DNA of 64,000 nt from Schmidtea polychroa (lineage: Eukaryota): contig CM097887.1 in NCBI GenBank assembly GCA_044892525.1, positions 115,546,397 to 115,610,396 on the forward strand. Reading direction: 5' to 3'. The notes under the pieces are model-generated. The model saw only the letters and a list, made by a program, of their open reading frames with translations, searched no databases and was not told the DNA's origin. Below are positions 48,870 through 59,654 of this stretch, piece by piece. Both the position numbers and the translations under genes were made by a program. The stretch's first letter is position 1. The number at the start of each line of letters is the position of its first letter.

Positions 48870-49283
48870 TGTAGATTAGATTTTTTGAAGTAGTTGCTTA
48901 ACTGACTTAACGGCCGCTTTATATATTAAATTTTAACCAATCAAAATTAAGTTGGGTTGTTTTTTGGTTATTTTCTATATTTCTTTATTTTTTATTGTTT
49001 TTCTTAGCTATTGTTTTGTTTTATTTTGTTATTTTATTTGTCTTATTATATTTTTACTTAATTACGCGTATTTCTGTTGACTTTTGGTTATATGGCGGCC
49101 TATTTTTAGTTTTCTTTCTGTTTTTACTTAATATTTCATGTTTTATTTAAGTTTCTTATTTTTACTATTTTTACTAAATCTATTTATTGCTCTATTCAAT
49201 TATTTTATTTACTTTTTCTTTCCTACTTCTCCATTCAGCCCACAACTATTAACCGCTCACAATTATTCCGGTTCAGCCCAACA
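48870..49283 (-). repeat. LTR-like A-rich repeat starting TGTTGGGCTGAAC
   Basis: TG start and a possible CA end; start resembles TGTTGGGCTAGAAC of the 56.2/63.0 kb repeats; no TSD found. Confidence 0.35.
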
Positions 49284-49719
49284 AATGGATCAGTAGATTG
49301 GAAACAGACATAGACCTTCTTACGCATGTTTTTGAGAACCAAATGTGCACCACAGATCAGAAGTTCCGAAAGCGAATCTCATATTTTGCTGACACATTTC
49401 AAATTCTACCTAGCAACGGGTTTACGTGATGAGAAATAGTGGTAATGGAGGTTGTGATGGGACCTTAAGTAGATCACTCCATTCATCAAAACACCAGAAA
49501 CACTTCATTCATTTCGAGTGTGGTTTCATTGATAGTGTTTGATGAGAGTTGTGACTGTTGTTAGTTGAGCAGTAAGTATTATTTTAGTACTAATAAATGC
49601 TACTAACTATGAAGACTAAACCAAATCAACAACTACAATTCCATCAAACTATCACAACATCACGCGAATTTTAAGCAAGATTACCGAAAATTAATTCAAT
49701 CAGAATATTTTCTTTTTAT

Positions 49720-49770
49720 TGATTAAAACGTTTCATGTATAATACTAGATCATTATCTTCAGTTTGCGCA
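49720..49770 (-). ncRNA. Degenerate hammerhead ribozyme at the 3' end of a Penelope-like remnant
   Basis: Minus strand CTGAAGA-TAATGATCTAGTATTATACAT-GAAACGTTT, with palindromic AACGTT stem III; stems I and II are poor. Confidence 0.45.
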
Positions 49771-49799
49771 AATATTCTAGTATTTATACATCGAAAATT

Positions 49800-50800
49800 T
49801 ATTTTCAAAAACCAAGTTGATCTATCAATTAAAATTTTAAGTTAAATAACAAGATGATTTTAGCATCCTTAAGAAGTCAACGCTCAATGTCAAAATTTCC
49901 ATTAATAGTGCATTTAGTAATTTTTAATTATATAATTATTAACTCTTCAAGTGTTTTAATAAATTACCTAATATTTTAATGTAAACTTAAATATTTATGA
50001 TTTGGCTATAATATATAATTTTTCGTGTAACAATATTTAATTAATAATTTTAATCTATATTATCAGTTATTTAGGTATTTCATTTTCATACCAGATTTCA
50101 TGAATGTTGTATACATAGATCGAATATTATCATCATTGTCTTTGTGTAAGGTTTGCTTAGAACGAAAAAATAAATCTCCATCAGAAAAACTTTTGTTAAA
50201 GTCTCAAGGGTATTTTCATATATTCGTTAAATTATTATTTTATTTTAGATCAGTTTTAAATGATTTTAATTGTGTTTTAGCTTTAAACGGAGATTCTATT
50301 TTTGATGCAGTAATAATACGAATTTTTTGAAAATATTTTATTTAGTGTTAGGATATAAAATTAAAGAGACCTAATCATACTTTGTATAAAGCGTCTATTA
50401 AAGAAGAATTTGGTGATATTTATAAGCTCCAACAAGTTATATTTTATCCATAAATTCAAATTAATAAATAGTTTACGATTTAGATTCAAGATTGTTTAAA
50501 TTTGATAACAAATGCATTTAATATGGTTAATACAGAAAAAGTATATGGAAATATAGATCTGATGTCTTCTAATTATAAAGTACTAGTAATTATTTGTTTA
50601 AATATATGTCATTTCAATAACTAATTACATTTCTTGAATTTTGTAAATCTGGATTATAAACTATAAAAGTCTTTTCGTTATCACTAGCCATGTCCTGATG
50701 AAGTCGTATAATTTCTGGTGTTTGTTTCTTAATTCCAGTTTTCAAGGTTTCCTGACATAACTTGGAATGGTCAATCAAATATCGTTATTGAATTTATGGT
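49800..50800 (-). pseudogene. Penelope-like element GIY-YIG endonuclease remnants (apparently two in tandem)
   Basis: Decayed YIHHKFN...SYVRKP*KLELRNKHQ and LTILNAFVIKFKQ..LNRK (~50800-50470); KFRIITASKI...FK and TKCTINGNFDIER (~50330-49880). Confidence 0.45.
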
Positions 50801-51539
50801 GTATATATTGATATGAATAAAGGTTTTGGCTACTTACCGTTTCAATAAAACTTCTTCCGTAATTTAGTCTTGTCGAACATGGTTGACATCAAATCTCAAA
50901 TACCTTCCAGTATAATTAAATCTTGCTCCAATATTACCGTAGGTGTTACACCTTCTGCCGGTAGGTTCAACGCCATTCAATGTATTTGACAAAATTTTAA
51001 TAGGATTATCAATAGTTGAGATTGAACATTTGTTGTTTAATCATCGGTTATTAAATGCGTCATTGATCCCATGCGCCGGTGCTTCCAACCTTATTGGCTA
51101 ATTTTTCGCCGATTTTCATGTCTCTACGATTATTTTTTTTTCTTTTTCTAGTTACTTACTATTTATGATCAACTGAAGGTTTATATCGAAAAATGTTACT
51201 TGCAAATCTCAAATATATTTTGGTAAATAAAAAATGATCATGTGAACATATCATTCAATTACTTATCAACAATATTTATACTTGTACAAATAATCGCAGC
51301 TAACATGTCATGTATAGCTATAATGAAGGATTAAAGGATTAGAGATTCACATGACAGATGAAATAGAAATTCAAAATCATTTCAAATATAAACATTTTTA
51401 TTTATTCCATTAATGCTTATTACCTAGCACTCTTTATTGTCAATTGGCCAATTGTATTGTCACAATTTATTTCCTAGCTCTTTCCTGTTCTCTTGATAGC
51501 ACATCGAGTCCGTTAAATATTTTTGTTGCATACTTTCTG

Positions 51540-51660
51540 TTAACCCTTTCGCGGACACGTCGGCATAGACCGACACTACGAATTGCTTAAATTGAGACAC
51601 GTCGGCATATGTCGACACATAAAAATATCGTACATTAACACGTCGTATATAGCCGTCGGC
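51540..51660 (+). mobile_element. piggyBac-like left terminus
   Basis: TTAA followed by CCCTTTCGCGGAC, with subterminal repeats ACACGTCGGCATA x2; no matching right end found. Confidence 0.55.
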
Positions 51661-51876
51661 GATTGCATTGGTTTTATATGTAAGAGCATATTTTGTGCCC
51701 TTACAGAAGCTATCAGATTTGAGATAGTGACCCAATTAGATTGTTTTTTGTATTCTTATGTTTATCCATAATCCGAATTTAAATATCTGCATTAAAAATC
51801 AAATAATCACTTGTGTCACTTTGCGAACATTTTCTAAATTTCAAGGATTAAATTATTTTAATAAAGTAATTTCTTA

Positions 51877-52346
51877 ATGCTACATATACATTCCCAAAAT
51901 GCCACTATAGAATCCTCTTCCTAATGCTACTTATGCATTCCCATAATGCCACTATAGAATCCTTATGCTTATGCTACTTATCCATTATCAGAATTCCACT
52001 ATAGAATCCTTATCCTAATGCTACTTATCCATTATCAGAATTCCACTATAGAATCCTTATCCTAATGCTACTTATGCATTCCCATAATGCCACTATAGAA
52101 TCCTTATCCTAATGCTACTTATGCATTCCCATAATGCCACTATAGAATCCTTATGCTTATGCTACTTATCCATTATCAGAATTCCACTATAGAATCCTTA
52201 TCCTAATGCTACTTATCCATTATCAGAATTCCACTATAGAATCCTTATCCTAATGCTACTTATGCATTCCCATAATGCCACTATAGAATCCTTATCCTAA
52301 TGCTACTTATCCATTATCAGAATTCCACTATAGAATCATTATCAAT
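51877..52346. repeat. 47-bp minisatellite, 10 units, two variants in a higher-order arrangement
   Basis: Units start every 47 nt (51877, 51924, 51971 ... 52300); variant A ATGCATTCCCATAATGCC, variant B ATCCATTATCAGAATTCC. Confidence 0.97.
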
Positions 52347-53664
52347 CAATTTCTTAAATTGAGCATAATTATCGACAATGCCAACTCTTTCAAAAATCAA
52401 AATTTCTCAAAATCTTTGATTTTAAACGCCGACCCTTGTTTCTTTATAAATTGGCTTTTGCCATAATATCATCAATTTCCTTGGCATTATACATCCAATA
52501 TGGTTTGCAGCTCGATTACCCGGGAATTCAAAATTCTAATTTAAAATAATTATTATTGGTTATAGGGATTATGGGAAATTTTGGTAATATTATTTTTTTA
52601 GTTTTCGTAAAATGAATAAAAGAAAATCTAAAGCATGGAATCATTTTCTAAAATATAGAAAAGAATTAAGCTAATTGCTATGATTGTGGAGCAATATAGT
52701 GGTTCAATTAACCATTAAAAACTCCACAGTACGTTTATTTGTCATCAATCAATACTATTATTATTTTTATCGATCTATATATTATTGCAATTATAATATA
52801 AATAGTCAAATAATTTCCCTTCCGATAATATTTACGATTTGCAATCAATCTTCTCTCTAAGCTGTGCGCGTGTACATAACAATTTAGGGTGCATACAAAA
52901 AAAAATTAGGGGAAAGTATTTATTTTTTTAATTAAGTTATATCACATTTTAGAGTAAGTCCATAAATTAGAATTATGTAGAAATATCATTAATTTTAAAT
53001 AGAGTATAAGAGAGTTACAGAAAGATTGTAAATTTGATAAACTGCAACACTTGCATATATCTCTCATTATAGGTTAACAGATAGCACTGGGCCTATCATG
53101 TGTTTTCACTTCTTAAACATAAGATAAGATTGCCAGTAACATTAAATTATTTGTCTGTATTCCACAGACATCCGGTTAATAATAAAAAACCGTTATCCTG
53201 TTTCTTGCCTTGTCGTTTGCAATAAAATTTAATGATAAATGTAAAGGTTTGTAGTTCAAATCCTGATCCGGGACAAGTTAATGAGACATATTATGGATTA
53301 TGTGTAGCGAAACAGCCATGTTCTTCGATGAGATTTCAAAGCCGTTATATAAATTTCCCCATTTGTAACTCGTTATGCATTGCATAGTGCATGCCATTTA
53401 CTTTGGATTGTAAACCAATACATAATTTCTGGCTTATTCACTGCAACACGTGTACAATTTCAAAAGTTTTGCACACACAAAATTAGTAGCACCCAAGGCA
53501 AACGAAAAATTAGAGGGAACATTGCCTTTTATAAAGAAATATCGAATGAATTGCGATATTCAACGCTTTCTTTGGACATTTTAATTCATTTGTTTACTTC
53601 TATAAGAGTCTCACTACTTATTGGGCACATCGCGTATTTGCAACTGTTAAGCTCATATATAGTA

Positions 53665-53686
53665 TTGTTGTTGTTGTTGTTGTTGT
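53665..53686. repeat. (TTG)7 microsatellite, possibly the (CAA)n tail of a minus-strand LINE remnant
   Basis: Perfect trinucleotide run directly downstream of decayed minus-strand ORF 53653-53901. Confidence 0.7.
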
Positions 53687-56222
53687 CTTGATTTAATGAA
53701 TGCCGAATATAAATGGATATAATTGCAGTTTCTGCTTGCACTTTTTGAACATCTTAAAGACGCGAAAGAAGTATTAACAAATCCCCGAAGGAAATCGATA
53801 GAAGAGCATATTACTAATCCAAAACGAGTATTTTTCATGACCAGATTATCTCGATTATAAATTTTTTCTTTAGAAATGTTTTCATCCGCCTGTACCTTCA
53901 AATTTAGCTCTCAGTATTTTCATTCGAGATTCTACATTGATATTTGCCGCATATCTATTGGAAATGAATCAAAATAAACGCTACGAACTTGCTGGAAGAA
54001 TCACAGTAATATTTGGTATTTTTATAAAATTTAAACCGTTTTCAATAGGTCGATTGTGTTATTCCGTGCATCTCGGAAGTCCTTAATCATCTGACTTTTT
54101 CGATTAATACGTGTTTATTTTTGATGCGAAAATGTAAAATAAATTGATTTTGTTCTAGATTTTTTACTATTAATAATAGATATTATGAGAACTTTTTTTC
54201 CAATTTCACCACTGATTATTTTTTCCATTGAATTTTAATAAAATTTTAATAATTTTGCGTTCAAAGTGTCAATGATCAGAGCGTTGTGCATTTTACATTA
54301 ATTCACGTATTTCGCTACGTTCTTCATCGATGTGTGGCATTTTAATAAAATTGAATTTTAATAAATTTATTAAATAGATAGTTATTAAAAAGTAAATTTC
54401 TGTGAAACATCATTTTGAAAATTGAATATTCTATACTCCGTCTGTTTTCTATCAAATATGTAGTATACCATTATATTTAAGTCATACAAATTTCACTTAA
54501 TGTACGATGTTGCCAAAATACTGTTTATGATTTCACTTTACTTTCGCAATTTTTAACCGGAAATTTCCTGCGTTTCTCTGTTTCGTTTTCCTATTATAAA
54601 GGTGGCATCTTGTATTAACTGTAAAATTTAACGGGGATTCGCTCATATTTTCAGGTATTATTTGATGATCGTTATCATTCAAACTAACCGTTAATAATTC
54701 TTGGGTAGGGATCCGCCATTAATTTACTAATCTGTTAACTTCCACAAATCAGTAGTAATTAAAACTAGCTTCCAAATTTTGAGTAGGGCCTGTCGCTGAT
54801 TTTATTAACCCGCTTTCTTATGTTCGTAGTTAAAACTAACTTTCAAAAATTCGAGCGAGAATTGGCTCTGAATTTTATTTATTTGTCCCTATATTCATAG
54901 ATAAAAATTATCTTTCAAAAATTTGGCCAGGGATCTGCTCTTATTTTTACTGGTTAACCCTGATGACCTGACTTTGGTTTGCGCTACGGGCAAAATAGAT
55001 ATTACTGTTTCGTTTCTCATTGTTATTTGTCATAAGTTTAAGTCCATAATAGATTATATGCTTGCTTCCTTGGGCCCACTAGACATTGGGGAAACGAGGT
55101 CTTAGCGTACTATCATAGATAAAATAGTGTATTTTGAATGTTGAGTTTAGATGTGTAGTCTTCATGAGTTATAACATTAGCATAAAACGAAAAATCACTA
55201 CACCCACAAGGGCACCGGACGCTAGTGTGACGAGCTCTCAGTGTTATGTCATAATGTCTTTGGAATCACGACCGAACTAAAAAGCTCGGCGTATTACCCA
55301 ATCTTCTATCTAGTTATCGTTGCTGTTTGGCTTTCCGTGTGTACTGGGCTTACCTATTGCCGACAGCACGGACACGAGCGAGCTTCCCAGTTGTAGATAA
55401 CAGGACGGTAAGGCATTCCTCCCTCCACTGCCAACATTTACACTGACATAAGAAGTTTTCAGATAAACGGCACAGTAAAACTGCTTCCTTGAACTTTATC
55501 ACAATAATCGCTTTCAATAATCTGATTTGGATTCGACCCTAATAGATCTCTTGATTTCTCTTAAATTCTTCGTTTGCCCTACTTACAAAATTTTGATAGA
55601 TTTCCTCAATTTGTATTCTCCATCTCTTCGTCTTTACGTAATTTCGATTTTCTTTATATAATGGTATAATCCAGTTGATTAATAATTCACAGTCTAAATC
55701 GTCCTTTTGCGCCGTATATCAAATTTTCTTGTATTAATTAATTAACGTTTTCCTTTTTTTCTCATTCCTTTGCTTTTCGACCCTGATAACGTATTTGTGT
55801 AAATTCAATATCTCCATCAACCTCATGTCTGTTTTATTCGTGGCAAATTCAAATTTGAAAGTTTATTGATTTTCTGTAATTTCGCATTCTTCGGCATTCG
55901 GTTTTTGACTGTTTCACAATAAATTCCTAGAAATTATGACCTTTTAAGATAATTTTTTTACAACCCTAACACTAAGAATTACATGACTTTACTTTTCTCT
56001 TCGTAAAGATTAACGTGATTATTAGAAATTTATATCAGCAGTAAAAATGTCAGATTTACAATTTTGTTATATTTTTGGAGAATTTAAAATGTTCACGTTT
56101 GGCATATTTTCCATGGACAGTCATTCAACCCATCAAATTGATAGCTAAAAACCTTATAGTACAATACTAAAGTCATTCGTAATGGTTGTATTGCGGAGAA
56201 ATAACAAATAATTTCACCTTTG

Positions 56223-56970
56223 TGTTGGGCTAGAACTGAATTCTAGACTCACATCTAGAAACTGTGACGAAATGTGATGGTACACAACATGCAGATCCAG
56301 CAGTAAGCTTACTCAAATAAAAATAGATAAAAACACCCAGTAAAAAATAATAGAGAGATAACATACCCAAAAATAAAACATCTGAATTAAAACTAAAATG
56401 AAACACGAGCAAGAAGTATCACACGAAAACTGACTCAAATACAACAGAAAAACATAAAACCACAGAAATAAACTTGAATAAAGTTGAATTAGAAAAAAAG
56501 TAGAGAGCAAAATTCAAAAAAAATTTAGAAAATCTAACATAAAGAAAATTCTAGGCGAAAGACCGAGAACGATCAATAAAAATGGCGAAATCCATCATGG
56601 CCGCCAAGCGACACAATAAAGTTTAAGAAAATAAATAATTTAGTTTAAAATATAAAAAAAATCTTTAAAAAAATTCACGAATAACGACTTTAAAATAAGA
56701 ATCAGATTAAAGTTAATATGGAATGTTCTGGAAATGCCCAAATCCATCATGTACGCAAAGTTAAAAAAAAATAATTCAGAAATAAAATTTTAAAAAAAAC
56801 AAAAATTATGGCACCAAAATCGATAAAAATTAAGAATCGAATATTCTAGAATTAAAAAGAATTCTAGTTTGTTTTACTGCATCAATGCACCCACACATAC
56901 TGGCACACCGAAAACCAGGTATATATGGCGCCACATTTCGATTACATGTCACTCTTTATGCCAAAAAAAA
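56223..56970 (+). repeat. ~750-bp A-rich repeat; diverged inverted copy at 62270-62992
   Basis: Shared colinear anchors TGTTGGGCTAGAACTGA.TTCTAGAC, GGTACACAACATGCA, AGCAAGAAGT, ATAAAAATGGCGA, GAATGTTCTGGAA, CAAATCCATCATG, AAAAGAATTC.AGTTTGTTTTA, AGGTATATAT. Confidence 0.85.
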
Positions 56971-58280
56971 ATTTTTCTTTGTTAACGTAATCAGACCTAA
57001 TCGACAGATTAACAGTAAGGCCGATTGATTATTATTTTATGTTATTATATGATGTTCTTATATTTAAATTATAATTTATGATGTCTAGCGAGTTGATGAA
57101 ACGTTTACTTTTTGTTTTTGTATTAAGCTGCAAGAGTGACTGGAATCTTCGTGTCCACATTTTTATGCGCGAGATTCGAGCCAGTCTTGCATCCATCTAA
57201 TAAACTAACATCATCATTGTTGGATCCACAACCCTCAATGACTGCAGGTCCATGACCTGGCATGCACATAAAATGAAATTTCGGATACCAGAGGTCGCCA
57301 CAAACTACATGGTGCAAACTATAGAGTTGTGGGGTAATCTCCCCATGGTAGTTGGCATAGTCGTTACGACTTTGTAGACAAGCAAAATGATGGTAATTAA
57401 AAAGGTCAACTGACTGTCACATAACAATAGGGCCTATCGTACAGAACTCAGTATTGTCGGGAAAATAGGCAAATTTTAACTAATTCGACTCTTTCTAGTA
57501 AATTACATACCTAATATAACACTTAAACTACCTTATTTTACACGACACTAGGTATTGGTAAATGGGGAATTTATCCAGACTCAAAATCTAACAAAACAAG
57601 GTCAAATGTAGTCGATTAATTCAGTTCAATCTATTCAGTTCAATTAAAGAATAGGGCAATCCTTACAAAATTAGAAGTTTCTACCCCTTAATGAAGTCGA
57701 AGCTACTAAATAGCAATAATAGTTAGGTTCTTGTAGCTTAAAAGAAAAATAAAAAATGATTTATCTAAGTTATATTAGCTACCAAAATATATTATCTTAA
57801 ATAAAGTCATATCCAAAGAAATAATCCGAAATCACATTAGATCAGAATAAAGTGCAGAGTAGTTATACCACCCAGGTCATCTTCAATAGCTCCTCACAAC
57901 TTGACGTATCTCATAATTAACTTTTATCATGATTAACTCAACTTATATCAACTTATATTTTTACTTTACATTATTAACTCATATGGTTAACTTGTGTTAG
58001 TATTCGTTTAGACCATCAATATATCACTTATGCTACATCCACCAGCACCCATACCTATCCCTCATAACTTGCGAAAATTAATTTATGTCATATCCAAATT
58101 ATATTATTTAGGCGAAATCTATGCAACTACCACAACCCTCAACTTACATTACATTCAAACTAAAAAAAATAATATCATAAATGTATTATATTATATCACA
58201 TTTAGAAAATTGGTGGGTTACTGGTGGTTGAATGATTGAGTGCTGTTACCAGCGTAACCCAAAATACAACATTGTTTTTC

Positions 58281-58410
58281 CGCTTGGTACCCGTTGAGTG
58301 ATCAACGTTGGTACTGTACCAAGGGTTGAGTACTCGCAAAAAGTGAGCGCATCAACGCACTATAGTTGTCGAGTACTCCGTGGGTTCACGGACTACCGAT
58401 AGAAGGTGTG
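58281..58410. ncRNA. Conserved structured element, copy B
   Basis: CTTGGTAC-C-CGTTGA-GTGA-TCAACG-TTGGTACT-GTACCAAG; GAGTACTCG...CGAGTACTC helix; GATAGAAGG. Confidence 0.75.
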
Positions 58411-58608
58411 TGTCCGATTTCTCAGGTCCCTTTATCAAAATTGTTTTCCCAACCTTATGCACAAACTCTCATTTCCCAGGCAATCATAAACTGTACTAGT
58501 CATTATTTTATCACTACAAAACGTGCAGTATTTTAACAAGGAACATATTATTTGAAGACTACCACAATACATAAAAATACTACAAAACACCTAAAACCGA
58601 ATATAAGT

Positions 58609-59079
58609 TCAAACAGGCTTATTGGTAGGACTGGCCAATTTCGTCGCAGCTGCTAGTGACAAATTTGCTTGTCGCTCGTATTCGGCCAGTCTAGCTTTCT
58701 TCAATTTTTCCCGAATATTTCGGCCTAACCGCTTTCTTTTGGGTTTCTCTTTCGCGGCCGGGGGGTATATTGCTGCTAGTTCCACGGTCAACGGCCGGAT
58801 TTGGCTTATGGCGGCTCCGTGAACTACTTGTTCATTGCGTTCGGTTTTTAACGCGCGGAGCTGGAGTTTCAGTGCCCGGATCTCCATCTGATCCTGCGCA
58901 GCTTGCGTCTGCAGTTGAAGGACCTGCGCCACCTTCTTTTTCATATCCTCGGGACTAAACCAGGTGCTTTCTAGTTCCCGGCACCGTCCCTTGAGCTTGT
59001 CTACTCGTATGCGGAGCTCCTCGGACTGTTTTTGAGCTTCTGCCCTATCTCTTCGCAGATTTTCCAATAGTTTGAACAC
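58609..59079 (-). CDS. Orphan coiled-coil protein with TWFSP motif (exon, or ORF with an upstream in-frame TGA)
   Basis: GC-rich 156-codon frame with strong heptads, LESTWFSP and basic KPKRKR; preceded by acceptor-like TTTATCTAG; 12/29 ungapped identity to ORF 46455-47018. Confidence 0.7.
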   Translation of the reverse strand: MFKLLENLRRDRAEAQKQSEELRIRVDKLKGRCRELESTWFSPEDMKKKVAQVLQLQTQAAQDQMEIRALKLQLRALKTERNEQVVHGAAISQIRPLTVELAAIYPPAAKEKPKRKRLGRNIREKLKKARLAEYERQANLSLAAATKLASPTNKPV

Positions 59080-59288
59080 TAGATAAATTCAACGATTATA
59101 TTCTTGCAGCATACTATTCATTCAATTATAAAATAAAATCAATATTATAAGTAAACATAGTTTCGGATGTTAAGCACGCAATACACAAGATGATTTATTA
59201 AAAGGACTGAAATAATTATCACTAAAATCAAAGTTTAATAAAGTCACAACTGAATGATAATTTGCAAAAACGAAATTTTGACGATGAG

Positions 59289-59654
59289 TCAGTTCAGTCG
59301 CTTGCGAGGCCTTCCCCTCTTCCGCGGGGTTGCCTCGGCCTCTTCTAGGTCCTCCACGGTTTTTCCCTCTTTTTCTGCTTGGATTTGTAGCTCGATCTTC
59401 TTGAGTCGCATCTGAGCTGCTTCTACCTCGATGGCCGCTCGGTCGCGGGCCTCTTGCAAAAAATCGTTTGTGGGCTCTGTTTTTACCCACGCCGGAGCGT
59501 CCGGCTCCGGCCCACTCCTGATTACTGGGCCAAAGTTGTCGAGGTCCAAACCCCGATTCCAATCATGGATACGGTGCCATATGTACCGTGTACGGAGTCT
59601 GGTAAGCATCTGTCGGTCGGCTTCTTCGTGGCTATCGCTGTCAGAGTAGGACAT
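59289..59654 (-). CDS. Orphan 121-aa protein with short coiled coil and C-terminal AT-hook/NLS
   Basis: ATG 2 nt after acceptor ATTTTGTAG; ends TPRKRGRPRKRLN (RGRP AT-hook core); GC-rich. Confidence 0.7.
   Translation of the reverse strand: MSYSDSDSHEEADRQMLTRLRTRYIWHRIHDWNRGLDLDNFGPVIRSGPEPDAPAWVKTEPTNDFLQEARDRAAIEVEAAQMRLKKIELQIQAEKEGKTVEDLEEAEATPRKRGRPRKRLN

Noticed and set aside
51877-52346. CRISPR array, or T7/SP6 promoter contamination (CACTATAGAA in each unit)
   Set aside because: No unique spacers and no cas genes; upstream promoter bases do not match T7 or SP6.
54955-55010. CTGATGA-CCTG...CGGG-CAAAA hammerhead-like string
   Set aside because: Needs two core repairs and has no stem I.
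59170-59562. 130-aa Arg/Gly-rich ORF overlapping the AT-hook ORF, and plus-strand ORFs 58622-58958 and 59431-59693
   Set aside because: Most simply alternative-frame or antisense shadows of GC-rich coding sequence.
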